Shown here in pieces: positions 43,801 to 55,800 of a stretch of 64,000 nt of DNA. Position numbers and translations under genes: made by a program. Under the pieces are notes generated by a model. That model was not told the DNA's origin and ran no database searches. It saw only the letters and a list, made by a program, of their open reading frames with translations. Source of the stretch: Lama guanicoe (lineage: Eukaryota); the NCBI GenBank assembly GCA_013239625.1, contig MU053379.1, forward strand, positions 3,454,866-3,518,865, given 5' to 3'. Each line of letters opens with the position of its first letter. Position 1 is the stretch's first letter.

Positions 43801-46800
43801 CCACCGTCGGCATGTCCTTTCCACAGTGACTCGTAGGGGACAGCGTGGCGTGGTGGTGAAGGCCACGGGCTTTGCATCCTGTCTGGATTCAGACGATCTG
43901 TCCACCACTTGGTGTCTTTGTACAAGTTACCGAGCCGCTCTGAGTCTCCATCTCCTGTGTGTGAGATGGGAATGACAATGACACCTGCCTCGCGGAGCTG
44001 TCGTGGGGCTCTCTGCGTCCTAAACACTGTGTGAACGCTTGCTGTCACTGTGCTGCTTTGTTTGGAAGTCTACATTCTTAATAGCAAAAGAAAGGCAAAT
44101 CTAAAATATTCTTAAGATATCTTTTTTGCATTATTTCAGCCATTTTGGAAAGCAGCATAGAAATACCTCTAAGTAGAGTTTTCAGTTCTGAAGGTCCTCT
44201 GAACTTCTTTTGATCCGGGTTCCTACTTGGAATTTACCCTGAGAAAGTGGTCTCAGAGGAGCGTCGTTAGGGCCCATGTGTGCGCTGCTAGTGCTGAGCG
44301 AGCGGACAGGCGCGGCGCAGTGTGAGGCACCGGAGCGTGCGAGTGCTCCGTGGGGGTGCGCGTCTCACATAGGGAGGCTGCGACGGATACCGGGGGGATG
44401 TTCGGTGTCATCGACTGAAAACCGTAAGATAAAGAACAGTAGCATACACAGTTGCCCCTTGACAGCTGCTGGTCAGCGGCACTGACCCCCGAGCAGCTGA
44501 AAATCTGTGTGTGACTTAGAGCCCGCCCTCCGCCCCGTGGGCTGTGCAGTGCTCTGGTACTTACTGCTGGGGAAATCCACGTGTGAGTGGACCTGCACCG
44601 TTCCGAGCCACCTTGTTCAAAGGGCAGCGATACAGTGACAGCAGCGGTGCGGCTCTCTGAGGACAAAACGAAACACAGTGCAGAAAAATAGATGGCCTCA
44701 ACTACTTCCTGCGTAAAGTAATCGATAACTACTGACATGCTTGTCCGCCAAGAGTCTTGGTGTGACGAGCGAGCACGGCTGTCGCCGTCGTCAGGCAGTG
44801 TTGTGAGCCCGGTTCGTTACCAGCCGTTGAGGTTTCCGTTGTGTTAGTCCGCGGTGTGGGTGAGACGGGGGCGCGATGTTGGCTGCGGCGTGGTGGCTGT
44901 GTCTGGAAGTAATTTCTTTCCTGCTCCGGGTCCTTTCGTAGCCACGTCATGCCGAGAGGCCCGGGAGCCGGCGTTTACAACAGTGCTGCCCCACCACCTG
45001 CGACCTACCAGGGGAGCTTGTACCGGCCGCTGCTGAGAGGACAAGCCCAGATCCCCAAACTGATGTCAAGTAAGTCTGCATTTGTTGGTTATTTTACATG
45101 CTGAGTGAAGTACTGCAATGAAGGGCGGTCTCTGGTCTTTATGGCTGGGAAGATTTATTGTGTCGGTGCAGAGATAGTGGGCTCACAACGTTCAGAATAA
45201 CTCGAAGAGAATACTCCACGCAGAACCTGTCAGGTGTTTGTATCTGATCTGTTTGTAGCTAATTGAATACTGTGCGCTGGACTTCTTGTTTTCATTTGTA
45301 AGCCTACTGAGTGGCCTTAAGCAGGGAGGGGTATGCGGGGCCCGCTGCTGATGGTCCGTTAACACCAGCAGTGGAGCGGTTAGGTCAGGTGCAGCAGATC
45401 CGGAACCGGAACCACTTAATTACTTGGAAAGCAGCAGCATCCCTTTCTTCGTCCAGATTGTGTCTCGGTAACTACCTGGCAGGACGACAGGCATTGCCTT
45501 GGGTAGAAATACGCCTTTACCTTGGGGTTCTGTGAAGACCTTGGCCTTTCCCTGGCCCCTTATAGCTTGTTTTGTGGACAGAAGTGGATCAGAAATGTTG
45601 ACCATGAAAATAATTACATAGTGTTTGGACTGCAGCGGAAATGGGAGGAAATAGTTGAATGTTAGGCTTCACGGATTTTGCATCAATGTCAGATTGTATC
45701 CCCATTTGATGTTATTTTTGAGCTCCGTGGCTGTGCTCATTTTTAAGAAGGTGTAAGTCGTGTGCCAGGTTCTCAAAGCCACTTTCTTCGTGAAGCCTTT
45801 GCTTCTCCATTCAACCAGACAGCCTCAGCATGGCGGGCAGAGACAGTGTGGCAAGACGCTAACATTTGTTAAATCTGAGCGTCAGATCATTTAAATTTTT
45901 TTCTGAATGCTCCAACTAGTTCATAAAAATTAAAACTTAAGAAACGCGCCGTTGAGCTAGCCGCCTCCCGGTGACGTAGTAGAGCACCGTTCTTCATACT
46001 TCTTGCCCTCCTGGGAGCCCTTCTTGGTGATGTGCCTGCTTGAGTCTCTCGTCCGTTTTTCCGCAGGATGGTCTTTTTCTTTCTGCTCCGTAGGAGTTCT
46101 TTTATGCTCTGGGTGTGAGAGTTTTTGTACTGGAAATGTCTTTTCCTCTTGCCACCTTGCCTTTTCCCTTCAGGGTCACGTGAAGAGCAGAGGTTTACGC
46201 CGGCGTCGGGGGAGTGGGGGCGAAGGGCCTGTGGGGGTCCCTCGTGCTCTTCTCGTAGCTTTTCTGTAGGTCCTAAAATCACCCCAGTAAAACACGGAGG
46301 ACAGAAACACTCCTAGATACTTGATGTATTTTGATGTTTTTGTAAGGAATATCTTGTGAATGCCATTCTCCGGTTGCTTGCTTCTGTATAAAGAGCTGAT
46401 TTCTGAACATTGACTTTGTATCCAGCAACCTCACTAAAATTCATTTATTCTGTAAGTTTGTATGTTCTTTCAGACTTTTTCTCTACTGAGTCATGTCTTC
46501 TGCAAATAGTGACAGTTTTATTCACTGTCTAATCTTAGTGCCTTTTGGTCTTTTTGCTTGACTGCACTGGCTGGGACCCTGGTGTGACTGGGTGTCGGTG
46601 GCGAGGGGGCATCCTTGTTTCAGTCCCAGTCTGAAGGGGGAGCTTGTCCTGCTTCGCCGCTGAATGTGGTATTTGCTGTAGTGCTTTTGTTCATAAATAG
46701 CCTTTATTAGACTGAGGGGGTTTCCTTCTGTTCCTTGTTTCTAGTGGGATTTGAATTTTATCAAATGCTTTTCCTCCATTTCTTGGGATGGTAGTTTTTT

Positions 46801-49800
46801 TGTCGCATTCTGTTACATGGTGAATGACACAGGCTGGTTCTTGACTGTTAGACCGAGCTGGCGTTGCTGGAATAAGCCTCATTCTTTGTGGACGTCGCCT
46901 TTTGGATGTCGCTGCCTTCTATGTGTCAGAATATTATGGGGTTTTTTTCATCTGTGTGTTACAAGAGATCAGTTTATAACTTTCTTCACACGCTCTGGCC
47001 TCAGAAAACAAGCTAGGAGTGTTTCCTACCTTCCTGTTCCCTGCTAAGGGCTACTTGACAGTTGAACGTGCAAAGTGAGGGTGAGAGAAGACTTGGGATG
47101 AGGCTCTTGGGTGCACTGTGGGCACTGGGGGGCAAAGGAGGCTTTTAGCAGAATTTGCAGTCTCTAATCTGGAGTGGTCACTGCAGGGAGCACGCTGGTC
47201 ACAGCTGTGTGATTAGCACGGATAGATGCTGCCAAGTGCCAGGAAAGAAAGCTCCTGGTTCTGTGTTTTCCCAGTACTCTCTACGTACAGCTCAACGTAA
47301 GGTTTGGTTTTTCTTTTCTTTAAGTTTATTGTTGTTAGGATTTTTCTGACATTTTTATTTCATGGTCTCTTGTGACCTCTAGATTTCATGTTTATGCAGA
47401 CAGAACTCATCCCTGCCTGTCCGCTGGCCAGTCGGTCTGTCCATCCACCCACCCATCCACCCACCTTACCCATCCATCCACTCACCTTACCCATCCACCC
47501 ATCCATCCACCCACCTTACGCATCCACCCACCTTACCCATCCACCCACCCATCCACCCATCCACCCACCCATCCATCCACTCACCTTACCCATCCACCCA
47601 CCCATCCACCGACCCATCCACCCATCCATCCACCCACCTTACCCACCCAGCCATCCATCCATCATATTCATTCATCTCTCTGTGTCCTGTTCTAATTGTA
47701 TCTGATCCCTCACACTTACGTGTATATTTATATGTATTTTTGAGTGCTTAATGTTGTACCCAAGACCTTTTCTTATTTTCTCCCCACAAATCTGTTTGTC
47801 AAGACGCTTACTACCAAAGTACATGTGTTAATAAGTATGCTGTCTTGATTAGATGTGTGTAATAATGTGAATTCTAAACTTTGAAAATACTGAAAGTAGT
47901 TTGCAGAACCCCAGGCCTGCCTTCTTGAGACCCTGAGCTTCGGAGACGGCTCTCCTCTGGCCCTCCCGACATGAAATGACCTGGAGCCACGTCAGCGGGC
48001 AGCACGCGCCCTGGAGCCGCCGAGAGCGCGGGGGCTGAGAGCACGGCGGCCCTGCGGCCTCGGGGGGCTTCAGCCGGCGCCCCCGCGCGCTCGTCCCTCC
48101 GGCGCGGAGCGCGCCCGCCTCCCAGGAACGCCGGGGCCGTGGGCTCACGCCAAGCGCTTGGAGCAGTGCCTAGCGCGCGGGCAGTACTGCGCAAGCGCCC
48201 AGGGAGAAAAGGTCCGCGTCCCTCTTCATAGAGTTTTGAACTTTAACATTTGGTTAGACACTGTTTTGGTAAAGTTGAGCTCTGAACCGTTTCTGCAGCC
48301 TTTTAGTTTCAGTGTCACAGCTGCTCCTCACGTGGTGCAGAGTTACGCCCAAGCAGAGCCTTGGTGACACTGCCAGCTCTGTCCAGTGTCTGCCGCCGGC
48401 ACTCCTCTCGGTCGCTCTCGGGCTTGGCTGCGATGTGTCCCTTTTGGGCCGATGGCGACGGTCCGGGCGCGGGGACGCGGCGCCGAGCGCTCGGCGTGAG
48501 TGGGGCGGCCGCGTGTGCAGCGCGGGGAGCGGGGTCCGTCTCGCCGCGCTCCAGTCGGGAAGCCTGTGCGGGAGCCGCGTGTGGGGAGGGGTCGCTGACC
48601 GCAGGTGCGTCAGGTGCGCGGGGTCTTCTGTGACGGCCGCGCTGGGGAGGGAAGCTGTGGCTCGAGGAGCTGTGGGCGAAGGCTTGGTGCCTGTGGCCTC
48701 AGAGCGTGAGGAACGGATACGCTGTTCAAGACCAAAGGGAGAAAGCCGCTGTCGCTTGTCCCCCTGGCTGGCACCTGTCTGAAGTGCAGTTCCCTGCCTC
48801 AAGAGTTTTTCGTCCCTCTCAGGCGGAGCTCCTGCTAGAGCCGCACAAACGGGGGAGGATGAGTTTGTTTTACATTCCACTTCATTACTTCTCAGCCAGG
48901 AAGTACTCCTGCTTTACGAACACTTAAGGGCCATATATATTGCTCAGAGCCACATGAAGAGATTTGCTTAGAGGCAGCCTTGAAGCTCGTCTTTGATCCT
49001 TTTTATTTTTTCTTTTTTGGATTGAAAGCAAGAGATATTTAAATGTGTGACAGAGTTTTTTTTTTTTAAGTCTTAGCAAATTTTGCTTAGGTTTTAAACA
49101 AAAAAACTATAGTTTTTGCTTGTGCCAAGCTTATGTGAAAGAGAAAATTATCCCGAAGGTGAGAAATAGTAAAAGCAAAACAGGGCGGGAAGCCCCAGGC
49201 ATATGGGACTTGACGGGGGGACTTTGGCCGCCGTCTAGGCACTTACCGGTGTGTGGTTAGACTACCGAGAAGCGTCCCCCTCCAAACAAGAACGATTTGT
49301 ACTTGGCGAGCTGTACTTTCCGGTTCCACTTAGAAGCTCTGTTGTGCTCAGCCTAACACGTGGCACATTGGGACCTGACGAACATGTACTCTGGATGGTG
49401 AGGGCTTGCCCTCCACTGACACAGTTCTGGGAGGAAAGGCACCTGCTCTTTCCCTGCCTTCATTTTTTATAAAACACTAGGATAAACATTTCTGAAGACT
49501 TTTCTTAATGTAAATGTGTTTTAACATTTCTTAGGGATCCTATGCGGATGCTTTTATTGGTACCACGGAGGGAGCATGTGTCCCGTGAGGGTACCATATG
49601 CAGAGGCACTGTGCAACCAGAATCGTGGCATTAAGTCTTCGTGGTAAAAAGGGGCACGTTCCCAGGGGACCGCCGTGCCTCTGGGATAGGAACACGCAGA
49701 GCGAGGCAGGGATCTGCGTGAAAGTCACTGTGTTTCTTTTCTGACTTCTGTTACGTTAGTTAATTTTGTATGTATAAGACATGAAAATGAAATGCTTCTG

Positions 49801-52800
49801 GGAACATTTTAACCGATTTTCACTGACCTGGCTTTTGTACACCACCTGAGTAGTTACGGCCTACAAATTCAGCCAAGCAGTGATCAGAAAAAGTGGCCCA
49901 AGTGCTGGGTTTCCTTTCACTAGATTGCTTTCCCGGAGCTCAGGGACAGTCACGATGCATCGCAGTAAGTGTGTCCTGAGTTTTCCCATAGAAGGAAACT
50001 GCACAGGCGAGATGATTCTGTCTTGTAAGAGTTTCTGGTTTTTCTCTCTTCTAATTGTGCCTTCTGACAGTGTACGTCTGCATAGTGGTTCAGAAGTTAC
50101 TCGGCCTGGGCTGGGGCCCTGGCCCCGCTTCCTGGCGGTGAGGTGGCTTCCGTCCAGGCTTCGAGCGTGCGGTGACCATGGCTGTGAGGCCTCCTCAGCG
50201 TTGCTCTCAGCTTGAGCGCCACCCGTCTGGTTGTTAAGAGAGAAGCGGGACCTCATCCAGGTCGGCCAGGGATGCTGCCTTCTCCCAGCTCAGAATGCAA
50301 GACGGTGGTGAAGGCTTCCCGCTCGCCCTGGCCAGGGACCTGGAGGCCGTGGCTGCGGGTGGCAGCTCTTGGCGGCAGCTCCCCAGGGGTGGTTTGCCCA
50401 CAGAGGGGCCTTCGTGCTGGCCGGCACCGCGGCCGAGGCGAGGCGGAGAAAGCCCAGAGCAGAGGAGCCCAGTGCTCCCGGCCGCGCGCACTGTCGGCGC
50501 CGTGGGCCTTACTCATCCAGTCTCCTTCGCGGGGGTTTAGAGCACAGTGCTGCTTTCCTTCCCTTTTTCTATTCTTCAAGGAAACCCAGATAGCAGTTTT
50601 GGGTTCCTAACCAGAGATAAGCTTTCATTTCTTCTTTCCTTTAAGAAAGTAATTTCGAAAAGCATGTTTCTAGTTTGTGTTTCCATTAAAATGTGAGCCT
50701 GAATACATTATGGTAAGCCTGTTGTCCCTGGGTCTCGGGAGTCTGGAGGAGGTTCCTGTCCTTACACGGAGACCTCATTAGACAACTCCTGGAACAGCTG
50801 TTTTAATTAGGTCACACTCAGACCCTGCTGGAGGGTGGCTGAGGTGACTGGGACTGGGGACCAGAATGGCGGTTGTTTGACATCAGCCTGCTGACCCATC
50901 ACACCGTTTACACAGAGGGCCAGCAGCCTCTTCCTTGCAGTTGGATGTTGCCAGCTTAGCTCTGTGTTAGGGGAAGAGGTTTGACTGTCAGAAAACAATA
51001 GGAAAGTGGGCAGTCCCTTTATGAACATGTCTCCTGGCCTGTGCTGGAGAGAGAGCTGTCTGCTTCCTGTTCACAGAGCCAGGCAAGTCAGGGCTCTCGT
51101 ACAGTGGGCATGTTTGGGGCAAATGTTAGGATTTCTATTAAAGTTACTCTTCATTCAGTTTGTATTTATGAATAAAACTGAAATCCCTTTTGTACGGCAT
51201 TCAAAATATAAATGTAAAAAAAAAATGTACCTTTACACACACACACACACACACACACAGCAAGGGGGAGAGAAATGTGTAAGTTTAATGACCGTGGCTT
51301 CTGAAACTGTTCATTCAGCAAAGGAAAAGTAATGTAACGATCAAATGTGCTGACTCTGTTGGTTCTGTGTCTTTTGACATATTCTAATTTATGTAGTTAT
51401 GCTAGTTATTTAGTTTATAGTCTGTCTCCATTTTTTTTCAAGAATTTTTCATTATAAGATATGTGGGTAGCTGAATAGTGATTACTTGTCAAAAAAAAAA
51501 GTATCCTGTTTAACCCTTTCCTGTTTGCCTTCCAGATATGAGGCCCCCGGATTCCTGGCGGGGTCCTCCTCCACTTTTCCAGCAGCAAAGATTTGACAGG
51601 TAATATTGAAGCAAACACGACTTTCAAATGCTTTTTCACACCAGCCTTTGAGCTTTGGGCATCCTCGGTGGTTTGAAGCACACCTTCTTCTCCCTCTGGG
51701 TAGAGTCTCGTGTGCGCGTCCTTTGGGGAAATAGCTGGTTTGCACGTTGGAGTAGGACTCGTGTGCATACACTTCCCTACTTTTCTTGGTTCTTGGCCTT
51801 TATTTTATTGAAGCTTTTGAGGTGCCCTGAAAAATGCAACACAGAGAGCTTAAAATTGTATTAGGTTTTGGTCAGGCTAAACAAATTTCTTTTTAGAAGT
51901 TCTGTGCAGCTTAATGAGGCATAACTAATGGTGTTCCACTTCTATCATCTCTGCGCCGGCGACACAGCGTCAGTACAGACCAGCCATTGATTCTCGCTGC
52001 AGACCTCTTGAAGTCCTAATCAGCTTCTTTGGTGCAGCTTTTTCAGGGCCGACAGGCCTATTGTGGTGCAGTGTCACTGCAGGGCAGTGGTTATTAGTTG
52101 CCACTGAAAACAGTTTCTTTAACTACTTAAGGCTGAACTGAATTAAACGCAGAAGGGTCTCAGGAGAGGATTATGGGATCTGCAGTCTAATAAGGCCGGC
52201 GGACTGGAAGGAATGTGACATGGTTTAATAAGGAGGGATGTTTGACATGTGTTCTTCCATTGATAAGTTGTGCACTCCGGAGTCAGGTGGTTTCTGCGCG
52301 ACCTGACAGCTAGGCGTGCCATGAATAATTATATTAACATCTGAAGAATAATTTTTTAAGGGCAGCTTTAAAGTCCATCGTTTCACGCTGGTTTTGCCAG
52401 CATCAGTAAATGCTGAAATGAATTTAAGCCCCGTCATAGTAAGGCTTCTCTCTCAGCCCTCCAGTTCTGTTCTGTTCTGTTCTCTCCTTGCATTTTAGCG
52501 GTCTGATCTGTTCACATCTGAAATGAGTCAAGTGTTGTTCTTTGAACAGGGTTACAGCCTGTTTGCCCTTGAAGAAAATTTTTCTTTAGCGACTCCAAAA
52601 CTTGATTTCGTTATTTTTTCCAAGAAGATAAAAGAAATTGTTATTCGGTTGTTTATTAATAGTACCAGCTATTTGGTGCAAGCTGCATTTTGATTTAAAA
52701 ACTGATACCGCCTGTATTTACGTTTTGTGTTCAGCATGAATGCTTAAAGCGCACAGTATATACCATTTCAGCATCTTCAGAGTAGCACCATTTTCAAACA

Positions 52801-55800
52801 AATTAAATCCATAAGGGGTAAATTTTTCCTCAATTACATATTATCACATTCAAACTGATCTCACTTTAAATAACTTTCTGCATTACGTTTGTCGTTTGAT
52901 TTTAAAATTTGGTTTCCCCACTTTGTTGCTTGCTTTTTCCCCCATATTATTTTTAATCACTGATACTTACCATCTGCTTCTGAAGTGCCAGCCCTGGGCT
53001 AACATGCTTTTAGAAACGCGAGTTCCCTGACTTCCCTCGCAGCCCTGTAAAGTCGATGTTGGTGTTTCTACAGATGGGGAGACTGAGGCCCACAAAAGTG
53101 CGGCAGTTAATCTGAGGTCTTTCTTCCATAGCATTCTTTACCAAGGAACTGTTCCCTGGAACAAAACTCCTTGGGACAACTGACTCCAGAGTCATATTAT
53201 GTAAAACCTCCAGACTTGTCAGGAGGCGGAGGAGCCCCTCCCTGCCCCCCGGCCCCAGGCACCTTCCTCAGTCCCAGAGCTCGCCTTCCTTCTACACAGA
53301 GCAGATTTCCTTACGGTCACCACTGTGTGTCCTGACACCCTTTGTCTTTGTCCTGACCCACGTACTGTCTTCCTGACCAACTCTGAGCCCAACAGATTAG
53401 GGACAAGTTTGGGGGACATTTTTGATTTAATTTTACTCGGAAACTGAAATCACACCATAATGCAAAAGTTAAATGTGAGCAAAACAGAATCTTACGTCTT
53501 ACATTGTGGTCATTTAAGAAATACACCGTTTATTTGTAAAGAAAACAGCACTTGAGCGCAGCCTCCACCTCCTGCACTGCCGGCCGCTCAGCTCGCGCAG
53601 GAAGCCCCTCGCGAAGCCCCGCCGCGCGGGCAGCGCCCTCACCGCTGGCCTCACGAGGCGCAGAGTCACTTTGACTTGGCTGAGGTGTCACAGCTGGTGG
53701 ACAGAATTCTTACTAGGACCGGGTTTACTGACTGTTATTATTAGTTCAGTGCTTTTCCACTGCACTCTTCTGAGCTTTTGGTTGAGAACCCTGTTGGAGA
53801 AGAAAACTTTGTACCTTTTTTAAAAAAAACTACATTGTTTCTTGAGTTATTTCCTTCTTTGAGATAAAATTTATAATTCATAAATTCATTTCACTTCACA
53901 ATACACGGGGAACACCCTGGCCTCGCCCCCCCACCTCCCCACAGCGACACCCGGCAACCACGGTGTGGGTGCTGGGCGGGGCCGCACCTGCCCCCGCCTC
54001 TGTCTCCTTCTTGCCAGTGGAGGAGGCTCTTTTCCGGCCAGATCCAAGGTGGCTGTTCCATTTTCATTGTACAGGTGCTAAGCTCAGTTAGTCACAGAAG
54101 AGTTTTAAAAGCTGATTTGCCGTACTTGCAAATTAGAAATGCCCCAGAGGGTAGCGCGTAGCCGCGGCGCATGGCCAGCTGCTTTCCAAAACAGTGGCTT
54201 AGAAATTTAAGATTATTGTTGCCGTTCCTAATTCCAAACGCCTCATGTAAGTTGCCCCCGTCCACTTAAAACGTGTCATTCTCAGTGCTTCCATCCCAGA
54301 TTTAAAGTGTATTTTCCAGGGCAAATTTCAGCTTGTAAGTATTTGCAAACAAAAAGGAGAACTTTGTGCTTTTAAACTGTGGCTTTTTTCCTAACATTTT
54401 TAGAACAAAATCACTTAAAATTGCATTTATAATGTGTTTTATCCAAACCAGCAGATCTTCCTGAAACTCAAGTGAGTCTTATCGTTGTAAAACCAAAAAG
54501 AAGAATAGATCACATTTAATCCAGTGTGTGGGCTGCACTTCTGTCTGGCAGTGGCTCTTGCCTTAATGGCCCGGTTTCGATGCACCTCCTTGGTCACAGC
54601 GTAAACCTTGAGCCTGCAGTCCTGCAGAGGCCAGGCAGACCACGCCGCTCTCTCTGTGTGGAGCTGCTCTTGCTAAACAGATGAGGCAGTCTTGCTAAAA
54701 TACCTTTGTATCAGGGAATGCAAAAGCTAACTGTCAGCCCTGAACATATGCGTATTCTTTCTGAGACACAGATTTTTCATTTCATTTTATTTCACTTGTA
54801 TTTATTATAAAGCAAATTATATTATTAGGACTGTAGTTTCACCACTAACCATGAAGAACAGCACTGGCCTTTCTAGAGTCCTTTGGAGAGCTGTTCTTGG
54901 CTCATCACACAAAGTAATGATCTTTGGTGTTTAAAGAAAAAGGGCAAGCTCCACATGAAGGGAGGAGGGGGGAGGGTAGAGAGGGTGGACTCGGGCTTGA
55001 ATGGCTGTGAGGAGAGCGCACTGCCCGGTGAGCCCAGCTTCGCCACCCCCCACCCCCGAGACCTGGGAAGGGAGATGCATGTGCTAACGTGGTTGTAGCT
55101 GCTCCCAGCTGGTCAGAGCTTCAGCCCATTTAAAGTTTTATTGTAGTTCCTCCCAGTGTCAGTAATGGCCCCAAAGCTTCTAATGTTAAAACGTACTGGA
55201 GGATTCTGCTTCTGCTTATTCTGTGCAGTGACTGTCCTATAAGGTGGAAGTTGAGGAAAATGCGCCAAGGATGTCTTGCGTGGTGATTGCCTTTAGTGGG
55301 TAGATCTTTGCTGGATTATTTACATGACAGTTTTAAATTGTTATGATTTGATAACATCATACCTGTTGCTTTGTATCTGCAAAGTTAAAATAGGCACTTG
55401 AAGACAATTAAAACATTTCTTTTGACTAGTAACCTGGGCCGGCACACTGGGTTACAACGGCTGTTGAATGTGTTCCCGTGTAAGCTGCACACCCAGTGCC
55501 AGTCAGCCCAGGCCAATTAGTGCTCATGTTGCTAGGTCACCGTGGTCAATTGAAAGCTGCATCAATAGAACTTGAAAAGGTTTCCTCCCGATCAGACCTT
55601 CTGACATATTGAGCAGAATAATGGATGGGAAAAAACAGCCAAGGCCCCTACCCTGGATTCAAAATACTCAGCAGTAAGAATTCATTTGCAACCTGCAATT
55701 AACTAGAAAGAATAGACTCCAAGAACGAGCCTGGACTTTTTCAGAAATAAAGCCTCATTCTCCTGTCTTGTACATGTTTACTCTTCGGATAGCATCTCAC

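Noticed and set aside
47372..47705. His/Pro-rich ORFs of about 105 aa
   Set aside because: Translation of the CCAT/CCAC tandem repeat.
51501..51535. gtatcctgtt / tttaacc resembling U12-type signals before exon 28
   Set aside because: Imperfect match and wrong position; introns 27 and 28 have ordinary U2-type donors.
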